DNA from: Chiloscyllium plagiosum
Taxonomy: Eukaryota
NCBI RefSeq assembly: GCF_004010195.1
Contig: NC_057718.1
Location: 5,354,325 to 5,418,324 of the forward strand
Length of the DNA: 64,000 nt
Direction of reading: 5' to 3'
In this document: piece after piece, positions 52,593 through 63,811 of the stretch
Position numbering within the stretch: the first letter of the stretch is position 1
Layout: each line of letters opens with the position of its first letter
The notes under the pieces: model-generated
Database searches by the model: none
Told to the model about the DNA's origin: nothing
Seen by the model: only the letters and a program-made list of their open reading frames with translations
Program-made: the position numbers and the translations under genes

Positions 52593-54662
52593 CTGATCTT
52601 TGAGGGGCCCTATTCTCTCCCCGGTTACCCTTTTACCCTTAATGTATTTGTAACAACCCTTTGGATTCTCCTTAATTCTATTTACCAAAGCTATCTCCCT
52701 TTTTGCCCTCCTGATTTCCCTCTTAAGAGCACTCCTACTACCTTTATACTCTTCTAAGGATTCACCTGATCTATCCTGTCTATACCTGACATATGCTTTC
52801 TTCATTTTCTTAAACAAACCCTCAATTTCTTTAGTCATCCAGCATTCCCTATACCTACCAGCCTTTCCTTTCACCCTAACAGGAATATACTTTCTCTGGA
52901 TTCTCGTTATCCCATTTCTGAAGTGTTCCCATTTTCCAGCTGCTCATTTACCTGCAAACATCTGCCCCCAATCAGCTTTTGAAAGTTCTTGCCTAATACT
53001 GTCACAATTGGCCTTTCTCCAATTTAGAACTTCAACTTTTCCATCTGGTTTATCTTTTCCCATCTTTATTTTACAACTAATAGAATTATGGTCGCTGGCC
53101 CCAAAGTGCTCCCCCACTGACACCTCAGTCACCTGCCCTGCCTTATTTCCTAAAGAGTAGGTCAAGGTTTGCACCTTCTCTAGTAGGTACATCCATATAT
53201 TGAAAATGCTTAGCAAATTCTTCTCCATCTAAAACCTTAACAGTATGGCAGTCCCAGTCTGTGTTGGAAAGTTAAAATCTCCTACCATAACCACCCTATT
53301 ATTCTTACAAATAACTAACAACTCCTTACAAATTTGTTTCTCAATTTCCCTCTGACAATTGGCGGTCTATAATACAATCCCAATAAGGTGATCATCCCTT
53401 TCTTATTTCTCAGTTCCACTGAAATAACTTTCCTGGATGTATTTCCAGGAATATCCTCCCTCAGTACAGCTGTAATGCTATCCCTTAACAAAAAGGCCAC
53501 TCTCTTGCCTCCCTTTCTGTCTTTCCTATAGCATTTGTATCCTGGAACATTAAGCTGCCAGACCTGCTCATCCCTGAGCCATGTTTTTGTAATTGCTATG
53601 TTATCCCAGCCCCATGTTCCTAACCTGATTTCCTTTGCCTTCCCTGTTAGTCCCCTTGCATTGAAAAAAATGCAGTTTAATTTATCCATCCTACCTTGTT
53701 CTCTGCTTTGTCCCTGCTTGCCCTGACTGTTTGACTCGCTTCTTTTCTCAACTGTACCAGTCTCAGATAGATCTCTTTCCTCTATCCAATTTAGGTGCAA
53801 TGTGTCCTTCTTGTACATGTCACTTCTCCAGCAGAAGAGATTCCAATGATCCAAAAATGTGAATCCTTCTCCTATATACCAGCTCCTCAGCCATGGATTC
53901 ATCTGCTCTATCCTCCTATTCCTACCGTCATGCCAGTGGTCTTGGGAACGGACTGTAAAATTGTCACCACCATTCAATAAAAATGAACTGGAAGGAATCG
54001 GTTTCAGTAAAATTTGAGATAGGGATGAAATTTCCCTGGAATAGACTATAAGAAGATAATGTTGGGAAACAGATTGAAATTTTCTTTTGCATTTTGTGTT
54101 AAGATCTTTCTAACTGTTGTATCTATGTTTGTAAAACTTATTTTTACTCTTTGTGGCTTAAACTTATGCTTTGATCTTCAAGAACATCTGCAGCTTGAAG
54201 CAAACATGTTTCTGTCAAATCACCATGCTAATCAACTGTAAAAAACTAACATATGACTTATCAAACCAGGTATTATTCTCAATCAGATTGATTGTAACCT
54301 CAAACCTACCTTCCCAATTACCTCTGATAAGCTTCACCCCTTTGCTTGTCAAGATCAACCACTGCCTCAAAAACATTCAAAAATTCTTCTTCTACTGCCT
54401 TTTCGGAAAGAAAGTTCCAAAGACATTGAATGAAATGCATTTTTCCTCATCTTTGTTTTAAATGGCTGAACCCTTATATTTAAACAGTAACTCCTATCTC
54501 TCGGTTTCCCCACAAGAGGAAACATCTCCTCCACATCCACGCTGTCAACACTTCCCAGGACTTTCAATCAAGTCATGTTTTACTTTTCCAAACTGCAGCA
54601 AATTTCACTGTGAGTGAAATTGTGAATGTTACTGTGTGTGTGTGTCTGAGTGACTACTTGAC

Positions 54663-55162
54663 NNNNNNNNNNNNNNNNNNNNNNNNNNNNNNNNNNNNNN
54701 NNNNNNNNNNNNNNNNNNNNNNNNNNNNNNNNNNNNNNNNNNNNNNNNNNNNNNNNNNNNNNNNNNNNNNNNNNNNNNNNNNNNNNNNNNNNNNNNNNNN
54801 NNNNNNNNNNNNNNNNNNNNNNNNNNNNNNNNNNNNNNNNNNNNNNNNNNNNNNNNNNNNNNNNNNNNNNNNNNNNNNNNNNNNNNNNNNNNNNNNNNNN
54901 NNNNNNNNNNNNNNNNNNNNNNNNNNNNNNNNNNNNNNNNNNNNNNNNNNNNNNNNNNNNNNNNNNNNNNNNNNNNNNNNNNNNNNNNNNNNNNNNNNNN
55001 NNNNNNNNNNNNNNNNNNNNNNNNNNNNNNNNNNNNNNNNNNNNNNNNNNNNNNNNNNNNNNNNNNNNNNNNNNNNNNNNNNNNNNNNNNNNNNNNNNNN
55101 NNNNNNNNNNNNNNNNNNNNNNNNNNNNNNNNNNNNNNNNNNNNNNNNNNNNNNNNNNNNNN
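54663..55162. other. Assembly gap (500 N)
   Basis: Run of N. Confidence 1.
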
Positions 55163-57265
55163 GTATGTCAGCCTGGATTCTGGGCAGTAACATCCTGTTC
55201 TCTGGGCGGTATCTGCCTGGTCTCTGGGCAGTATGTCAGCCTGGTCTCTGGGTGTTATGTCAGTCTAGTCTCTGGGTGGTATGTCAGTCTGGTCTCTGGG
55301 TGGTATGTCAGCCTGGTCTCTGGGCGGTATGTCAGCCTGGTCTCTGGGTGGTATGTCAGTCTAGTCTCTGGGTGGTATGTCAGTCTGGTCTCTGGGTGGT
55401 ATGTCAGCCTGGTCTCTGGGCGGTATGTCAGCCTGGTCTCTGGGTGGTGTGTCAGCCTGGTCTCTGGGTGGTATGTCAGTCTGGTCTCTGGGCAGTATGT
55501 CAGCCTGGTCTCTGGGTGGTACGTCAGTCTGGTCTCTGGCTGGTATGTCAGTCTGGTCTCTGGGTGGTATGTTAGTCTGGTCTCTGGGCAGTATGTCAGC
55601 CTGGTCTCTGGGTGGTATGTCAGTCTGGTCTCTGGGTGGTATGTCAGCCTGGTCACTGGGCGGTATGTCAGCCTGGTCTCTCGGCATTATCAGCCTGGTT
55701 TCTGGGTGGTATATCAACCTGGTCTCTGGGCAGTATGTCAGCCTGGTCTCTGGGCTGTATGTCAGCCTGGTCTCTGGGCATATATATCAGTCTGGTCTCT
55801 GTGCAGTATCAGCCTGGTCTCTTGGCAGTATCAGCCTGTTCTCTAGGCAGTATGTCAGCCTGGTCTCTGGGCGGTATCTGCCTGGTCTCTGGGCAGTATG
55901 TCAGCCTGGTCTCTGGGCAGTGTCAGCCTGGTCTCTGGGTGGTATGTCAGCCTGGTCTCTGGGTGGTATGTCAGCCTGGTCTCTGGGCAGTATGTCAGCC
56001 TGGTCTCTGGGTGGTATGTCAGTCTGATCTCTGGGCGGTATGTCAGTCTGGTCTAGGGCTGGTATGTCAGTCTGGTCTCTGGCGGTATGTCAGCCCTGGT
56101 CTCTGGGTGGTATGTCAGCCTGGTCTCTGGGTGGTATGTCAGCCTGGTCTCTGGGCGGTATGTCAGCCTGGTCTCTGTGCGGTATGTCAGCCAGGTCTCT
56201 GGGCAGTATGTCAGTCTGGTCTCTGGGCGGTATGTCAACCTGGTCTCTGGGCGGTATGTCAGCCTGGTCTCTGGGTGCTATGTCAGTCTGGTCTCTGGAC
56301 AGTATCAGCCTGGTCTCTGGGCAGTATGTCAGCCTGGTCTCTTGACAGTATCAGCCTGGTCTCTGGGTGGTATGTCAGCCTGGTCTCTGGGCAGTATGTC
56401 AGCCTGGTCTCTGGGCATATATATCAGTCTGGTCTCTGGGCAGTATCAGCCTGGTCTCTGCGCAGTATGTCAGCCTGGTCTCTGGGCGGTATGTCAGCCT
56501 GGTCTCTGGGCGGTATGTCAGCCTGATCTCTGGGCAGTATCAGCCTGGTCTCTGTGCAGTATCAGTCTGGTCTCTAGGCAGTATGTCAGCCTAGTCTCTG
56601 GGCGGTATCAGCCTGGTCTCTGGGCGGTATGTCAGCCTGGTCTCTGGGCAGTATCAGCCTGGTCTCGGGGCAGTATCAGCCTGGTCTCTAGGCAGTATGT
56701 CAGCCTGGTCTCTGGGCAGTATCAGACTGTTCTCTGGGCAGTATCTGCCTGGTCTCTGGGCAGTATGTCAGCCTGGTCTCTAGGCGGTATGTCAGCATGG
56801 ATTCTGGGCGGTATGTCAGCCTGGTCTCTGGGCAGTATCAGCCTGGTCTCTGGGTGGTATATCAGTCTGGTCTCTGGCGGTATGTCAGCCTGGTCTCTGT
56901 GCGGTATGTCAGCCTGGTCTTTGGGCAGTTTTAGCCTGGTCTCTGGGCGGTATGTCAGCCTTGTCTTGGGCAGTATGTCAGTCTGGTCTCTGTGCGGTAT
57001 GTCAGCCTGGATTCTGGGCTGTATATCAGCCTGATCTCTGGGTGGTATGTCAGCCTGGTCTCTGGGCTGTATATCAGCCTGATCTCTGGCGGTATGTCAG
57101 CCCTGGTCTCTGGGTGGTATGTCGGCCTGGTCTCTGGGTGGTATGTCAGCCTGGTCTCTGGGCGATATGTCAGCCAGGTCTCTGGGCAGTATCAGCCTGG
57201 TCTCTGGGTGGTATGTGAGCTTGGTCTCTGGGCAGTATGTCAGCCTGGTCTCTGGGCGGTATGTC
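55163..57265. repeat. Tandem satellite, 24-bp unit GGTATGTCAGCCTGGTCTCTGGG(C/T) with 22-bp variants
   Basis: Continuous array of roughly 90 units (estimated from length), running into the gap. Confidence 0.97.
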
Positions 57266-58675
57266 CGTCGTGTCTCTCGGCAGCTTGTGGTGTTGTCTTG
57301 GCTCGGCGTGTGACTGGGCCCTGCCCAGGCATGTTCCCAAGGTCTCTTGGGGAGATCGGGAGGCAATAGCTTTAGCAACAGCGAAGGTATTAGCAGCAGC
57401 TTTATCGAGGACAGGCAGCTGAGCTTTCCCAGTGAGCAAAATAAGTGGAAAACTCATCAAAGACTGTTGAACTTTTAACTTATTACTTTAGTTTCTAGTT
57501 TAAGTTAGGAAAGATTCTCATGTTCACTATTACCTTATTTCTTTATTTTCCTATTTATTCTATGAAGATAATGCTTAACCTTTTAACTTTGTTTCTCTCA
57601 TTACTTTATACCTAATCTTTTTGTATCTAGGTAGATTAGTACCTAACATGGCACCTTGTGTGGCACCATTATATACTTTTCACTGTACTTCTGTACATAA
57701 GAACACATGACAATAATATTTAAATCTCAATTAGATTTATCTCTCTCTCAGACCCAAGTTGGCAGAAGGCACAAACCAGACTTCTGTACCTAAAGAATGA
57801 CTATTTATTAACTAAATAGAATCTAGCTAAAGGTAATCAGTTATGAGCTGTTGGCTTATAACACTGCTAGCTAAAATTCTAATCTTTTTATTAAAAACTC
57901 CCCGTTACACACACAAATAGAGTTAGACACAGGCAGGAAAGAAAGTATGTCTGGTTGGAGGGAAGGACTGGGAAAGCAGTTCAGTGGGTTCCTGTTCACA
58001 GGATCTGCTAGGATGATTCTTGTTCTGATAGGAACACTGTTTCTTGGACTTCTTTCTCTGGAATCTTTCACTTATTTACAAAGAGCACAGGGTGCCTGGT
58101 CCATGTTTAGAAAAGCTTATTAGTTAAAAGTCGCAGTTTGTAGCAGCTGCGGTACAGAAACATAAACTGATTTCCTTCAAACTTAAAATGGTTTTTCTGC
58201 ATAGATCAGTGGCAGCTCCAGGACTTGTGGAGGTCTGAAGCTTTCTCACTATCTTGTGTATAGTACCAAACTGTTCAGCTGCTTGAGAATCAATCACATA
58301 ATTGTTGGCCGACAGATTACCTTCATCATCAATAACTGGTCACTAGTCCACAGTCTGTTCACCTATTTGCTGCCAGTTGTACACAGCCTTTGGCTCCTGC
58401 TTGCAAATATTTCAGCACAGGTCATTCTGCTATAATGCATTTCTCAAAGACAATTCACTGGACACGATTGATGAATCAGGGAAGCTATTGTAAAGCACGA
58501 ACATTTAAAACGTGTGTTGGCTGTCATGCGATTACCTTTAAGCACTGTTTCTAAAGCGTAATTATCCTACAACATGGGTTTGCGCAAGAACCATACTAAA
58601 TGTGAAGTTACAGGGATAGGGGGAGGGGGAGGGGGGGAATAGATGGCATGCTTTTTGAGGGGTCAGTGCAGATTA

Positions 58676-58990
58676 GCAGCACGGTGGCCCAGTGGTTAGC
58701 ACTGCTGCCTCACAGTGCCAGGGACCTGGGTTCAATTCGGGCCTGGGGCAACTGTCTGTGTGGAGTTTGCACATTCTCCCTGTGTCTGTGTGGGTTTCCT
58801 CCAGGTGCTCCGGTTTCCTCCCACAGTACAAAGATGGACAGGTTAGGTGAATTGGCCATGCTAAATTGCTCATAGTGTTAGGTGCATTGGTCAGCGGTGA
58901 ATGTAGGGGAATGGGTCTGGGTGAGGTGCTCTTTGGAGGGTCGGTGTGGGCTTGTTTGGCCTGTTTCCACACTGTAGGGAATCTAATCTA
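58676..58990 (+). mobile_element. HE1-like V-SINE
   Basis: Head, V-domain and aatctaatct tail. Confidence 0.9.
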
Positions 58991-60290
58991 AAAGGGCCAA
59001 GTGGCCTCTTTGTGCACTGCAGGGATTCGATGATTCAAATCATTACTCAGAATAATCTATCAAATTCTATGCAAAAGCCCATATCATACTGGTGAAACCA
59101 TCCCATAAACATTTCATTTTTTTATAAAGATCAGCTAGAGCTAAATCCATCTCAATAACTTTCTGTCCATCTTATGGTAGTTGTGCATGTGTGTAATTTC
59201 TCCAGCAGCAGTATGCACTTCTTTTATCTCCTTGAGTCACTCATCAGTAAAAGTGTGTGTGTGTCATACTGGCTTATCCTTTCTGTTGTTATGCCACGAT
59301 GTACACAACCAGATAACCATTTTACAGTGAACGATGAGCTTCATCAACATCAGTGGGCGGCACGGTGGCACAGTGGTCAGCACTGCTGCCTCACAGCGTC
59401 AGAGACCCGGGTTCAACTCCCGCCTCAGGTGACTCTGTGTGGAGCTTGCACATTCTCCCCGTGTCTGCGTGAGTTTCCTCCGGGTGCTCCGGTTTCCTCC
59501 CACAATCCAAACGTGTGCAGGTCAGGTGAATTGGCCATGCTAAATTGCCTGTAGTGTTAGGTGAAGGGGTAAATGTAGGAGTATGGGTCTGGGTGGTATA
59601 CACTTCAGCGGGTCGGTGTGGACTTGTTGGGCCGAAGGGCCTGTTTCAACACTGTAAGTAATCTAATCAATGTAAGTAATCTAATCTAATCTAATTCTAA
59701 TTACATTATTTTAATTTGCATTGTTCAAATTAGTTGTTTTTAATTAGCACCGGGGGATTGCTGGGGATTCCTGGTCTGGGTGAGGTGCTCTTTGGAGGGT
59801 CGGTGTGGGCTTGTTTGGCCAAAGGGCCTGTTTCCACACTGTAGGGAATCTAATCTAAAAGGGCCAAGTGGCCTCTTTGTGCAGTGTAGGGATTCGATGA
59901 TCCAAATCATTACTCAGAATAAGTCTATCAAATTCTATGCAAAAGCCCATATTATACTGGTCAAACCATCCCATAAACATTTCATTTTTATAAAGATTAG
60001 CTAGGGCTAAATCCATCTCAATAACTTTCTGTCCATCTCGTGCTAGTTGTGTATGTGTGTAATTTCTCCAGCAGCAGTATGCACTTCTTTTATCTCCTTG
60101 AGTCACTCGTCAGTAAAAGTGTGTGTGTGTCATACTGGCTTATCCTTTCTGTTGTTATGCCACGATGTACACAACCAGATAACCATTTTACAGTGAACGA
60201 TGAACTTCATCAACGTAATTGCAATATTTTAATTTGCATTGTTCAAATTAGTTGTTTTTAATTAGCACCGGGGGATTGCTGGGGATTCCT
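58914..60290 (+). repeat. Tandem duplication of a ~518-bp unit (58914-59772 with SINE insert; 59773-60290 without)
   Basis: Near-identical sequence from ggtctgggtgaggtgctc to ggggattgctggggattcct in both copies. Confidence 0.92.
59355..59697 (+). mobile_element. Young HE1-like V-SINE
   Basis: Nearly identical to 22973-23302; CpGs retained; (TCTAA)n tail. Confidence 0.93.
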
Positions 60291-60404
60291 GCAAACTCCC
60301 AGACATTCTGGGAACATTGGCAATGCTAAGAAGGAGGATGGTGTGGAGCATAACAGCTGTTAGATATTGAATGGACTGAATGGCCTGTTTCTATGCTGTC
60401 AAAG

Positions 60405-61045
60405 TGGAGGCAGTGGTGTACTGGTAAAATCAATAGACTAGTAACCCCGTAACCCAGGCTCATGGTCTGGGGATGTGGGGTTTGAGTTCAATAAAAGTCT
60501 GGAATTGATACTTGCCTAATGATGACCATGTATGCACTGTTAATTATGATAAAACACTATCTGGTTCCCTAATATCCTTAAGATCTCTGAATCCCTACAG
60601 TGTGGAAACAGGCACTTCAGCCCAAAAAGTCCACACTAAACCTCTGAAGAGTATCCCACCCAAATCCATTGCCCCACTCTATTAACTCCACATTAACTCT
60701 TCACGAACACATCGGGTAATTTAGCATGGCCAATTCACCTAACCTGCACATCTTTGGATTGGGGGAGGAAACCGGAGCAAACCCACACAGACACGGAGAG
60801 AACGTGCAAACCCCACAGAGATGGTCACCTGGGGCTGGCATCGAACCCGGGTCCCTGGCGCTGTGAGGCAGCAGTACTAACCCCTGAGCCACCCAGGGAA
60901 GGAATTCTTGCTTGGTCTTACCTACATGTGACTCCAGACCAACAGTCAATACGGTCAAAATTTAACTGCCTTCTGGACAATTAGCAGATGGGTAATTAAT
61001 ACTTGCCCAGCCAGAGATCCCCACATCCCATGGAAGAATAAAGTG
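60405..61045 (+). mobile_element. S2 SINE interrupted by an antisense HE1-like SINE (60588-60893)
   Basis: The S2 body (..ctggttccctaatatcctt|..|agggaaggaa..ctacatgtgactccagacc..) rejoins around the V-SINE. Confidence 0.75.
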
Positions 61046-62099
61046 AATGCATTTATACAATCCCAATTCCAGTTAACATGATCTGAATGGTAAGTGGAAT
61101 GGTGTGCAAACCTGGGGTGGAGGATTGGAGGTGTCGACGTTAAGACTTTGTAAATGAAGTGATTCAACCTTGTCAGCAATTGAACAAATAGCTCAATCAG
61201 TTATGTTGAAAGGTGCAATTGCCTCCTCATTTCTGGCTGGCAAGCATGAAAGGTCCTCAGCAGATTCACATCCCACACACCAGCAAGGGCTTCACTTTAT
61301 TCTGATCTGCATGCCTGGAACAGATTGTGGCTCTCAGGTTGAGTAACAAAAAGAAATCGCGTTTCACGGAAAGGACTGTGATTTTGATTGAAGTGAGCAT
61401 TATATAAAGTCACACAGAACTCAGTTATTGAGTTTCAATTGTCCAGATTGAGGCGTGAAGAGAATATAAAAGTGTCACCAATTAGGTGGGAAAGCAAGTA
61501 GACGAAACGAGATTGTCACACCAAACAGAGAAAGAATAATAAGGTCTGCTTTTTCCAGGAACTGTACGGGGAGAGGAGAGCAAGGTCGAAAGAAAAGAAA
61601 GTAATGAACAAACAGGAAGAGGAGAGAAAGTTGGGAGGGGTGGGGGAGGGCGAGCTGCAAGGAAGAAAAGGGGTGGGGGTGGGACTGATGGGCGGGCTAG
61701 CAACAGAAGGTGAAAAACAAAAGTGACAAGTAGAGGAGAACCAGAGGAGTAAAGCACAAAAGAGAGAAGGAAAGGAAAGGAAGAAGGACAAAGGGCAAGA
61801 GACATCGGGGATGGTAGAGAGTGAGTGAGTGAAAGAGAAGAGAGATGAAGAGAGTGATTACCTCTTTATTGTTTTTTTTCCCTCAGTGTCCTGATACAAC
61901 ACACCATTGGTAGCCACATGAGTGATCATCTGACAGCCCTGGGTTATTGGAGCTACCAGGATTAGTTGGGGATTCAGGCAGAGCGGCCTTTCTCTCCTAA
62001 CTACACTGAGGGACACCTCTGACCTCCACTCAAATATCACCCACAGCAGAACTATGAGCAAACCTTTCAATAAGAGTGAGGTATTGAAACAATACTGGC

Positions 62100-62360
62100 A
62101 CTCCCTCGTCCACAGTCCACTGGGTATCACTCTCACCTTAGTCTTGAAGCCAGAGGTCTGAGGCTTGAGACCCTTTACAGACACCTGAGACCATAAAATA
62201 AGCTGACATTCCTGAGTAGGACTGAGGGGGTGCTGTACTGGCGAAGGTTCCTTTTCTTTAGAGTTGGATGTTAAACCAAGACCCCAGCACAGGGTAACAG
62301 ACCCCAATGCATAAACAGAAGAAAATTAAAGGTATTCTGCCAGTAACTTCATCAAAGTTA
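62100..62360 (+). mobile_element. Deu-domain SINE fragment
   Basis: actgagggggtgctgtactg..ggatgttaaaccaagacccc. Confidence 0.5.
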
Positions 62361-62414
62361 TTACTTCAGCCCACAGTTTGGAAGAAAATGAGCAAAAAAC
62401 AAATGTTAACTAGA

Positions 62415-62585
62415 GAATGGAAAGGGTGAAAGGGCAAGGGTGAAGGTATAAGGATGAAAGGATAAGGGTGAAGGGATAAAGATTAAAGAATAAATGTAAA
62501 GGGTAAGAGTGAAGGGATAAAGGTTAAAGGGTAAATATAAAGAGTAAGGGTGAAGGGATAAAGGTTAAGGAGTAAGGATGAAGTG
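62415..62585 (+). repeat. Degenerate 6-7-bp purine-rich tandem repeat (TAAGGG/TGAAGGG-like)
   Basis: Direct inspection. Confidence 0.75.
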
Positions 62586-63474
62586 AGAGAAAGGACAAAC
62601 CCTGGGATCGTAAAAGTGAAAGCTGTGCTTAAGCATAGAGATGGTGGGCAGCTGTGATAAGGAGTTGAGAAACATGAGCAGAATCTTGAGATGCAAGAGA
62701 GGCTGTTTGAGAAGGACGGATAGATATAATTCTAGTCCACCACTGAATTGATGAGAACACAGAGTAGCAAGTGAATGATAGACAGACAGGCAATTTATCG
62801 TCACTGTTCCCAGGTCTGGATTAATCCAAAAGTAAAATACTGAAGCTGGTGGCAATCCGAAATAAAATCAGAAACTGTTAGAAATACTTGGCAAACCAGA
62901 TACCATCTGTGGAGAGGGAGAAAAACCAAGGGCTGAATCTTTTGTCTTCTGAGCATGAATTGCATTGAGTTTAATGGAGGGATCTTCACTGTAAAATCGC
63001 AAGGGTTTTTTGCCCTGTCTTACCAAACTTATCTCAATAACTAGACACCATATCGCTTTGGCATTCATCACACCCGTTTCCAGCCCAATCTTACCACGGG
63101 CTGGTCCCAGAACAACCCAGCACTCAAGACATCCACTGAAAGAATGGCATCCCTTGCATCCACACTATCTTTGAAAGGCCACTATGTGCCTGGACAAGTG
63201 TTGGCAACCTGGCATTACCCTTCATTAGCCATGGCATAGTACAGCAGCCACAGGTTGACCATAGTGACAAAGCCAGTGCAGCTGGCATTCCCTCACACAA
63301 AAACAAGCACATTCTCTCAGCTTTGTTGCTCAGACAATCTAGTTTACTCAGCCTTAGCTACATCCCACCCATACACAGTCTCTAAGTCACCATGCCCAGA
63401 GCACAGCTAAATGTTATCATTGATCAGAGAGTGGAGCATCAGATAAAGGGATGTAATTAGACAATTCTAAATAT

Positions 63475-63811
63475 GGATGTAGGTTTGCTCGCTGAGCTGG
63501 GAGGTTCATTTCCAGACATTTCATCACCCTACTAGGTAACATTTTCAGTGGGCCTCAGACGAAGCACTGCTGATAAGTCCTGCTTTCAATTTATATGTTT
63601 GGGTTTCTTTGGGTTGGTGATGTCATTTCCAACCCAAAGAAACCCAAATATATAAATTGAAAGCAGGACTTATTAGCACTACTTCATCTGAGGCCCACTG
63701 AAAATGTTACCTAGTAGGGTGATGAAACGTCTGGAAATGAACCTCCCAGCTCGGCGAGCAGACCTACATCCAGAACCTCAATCTGAGCTACAAATCTTCT
63801 CAAAACTCGCT
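63475..63811. mobile_element. Penelope-like hairpin insertion (family D) with hammerhead motif
   Basis: ~143-bp inverted arms (63475-63617 / 63629-63771), 11-nt loop, 40-nt tail. Exact 12-bp TSD aattctaaatat (63463-63474 and 63812-63823). Confidence 0.88.
63695..63734 (+). ncRNA. Type I hammerhead ribozyme motif, with core G8 mutated to A
   Basis: CCA-CTGAAAA-TGTTACC-TAGTAG-GGTGAT-GAAA-CGTC-TGG. Stem I CCA/TGG, stem II GTTACC/GGTGAT, palindromic ACGT, GUC site. An antisense twin lies at ~63512-63551. Confidence 0.6.

Larger units (their letters stand above)
49864..53927 (-). mobile_element. ~4-kb CR1 LINE (ORF1 esterase end, APE endonuclease, RT), disrupted and nested in an LTR-like repeat
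   Basis: LDHWNLF..DMYKKDTLHLN (SGNH-like); NCIFFNARGL..ITKTWL..GLYYRPP and ASDHN (APE); WRLANVVPLFKKG..NYRPVSLTS..QHGF, KSCLTNL and YADDTK (RT). The flanks (ttgtgaaaagttcat|..|tcatgccagtgg) rejoin into the repeat seen at 47235. Confidence 0.93.

Noticed and set aside
55163..57265. CRISPR-like array
   Set aside because: Units are contiguous with no unique spacers, there are no cas genes, and the context is vertebrate.
54610..57460. Long repetitive ORFs (PETRLTYH, SAWSLGGM, CQPGLWVV)
   Set aside because: They are translations of the 24-bp satellite, open in many frames on both strands. Two of them also read through the N gap.
58417..58600. Possible second Tigger-like MITE (caggtcattctgctataa..)
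   Set aside because: Only one end resembles a TIR; the matching end was not found.
61475..61805. Hydrophobic/proline-rich minus-strand ORFs
   Set aside because: They are low-complexity translations of the pyrimidine strand of a purine tract.
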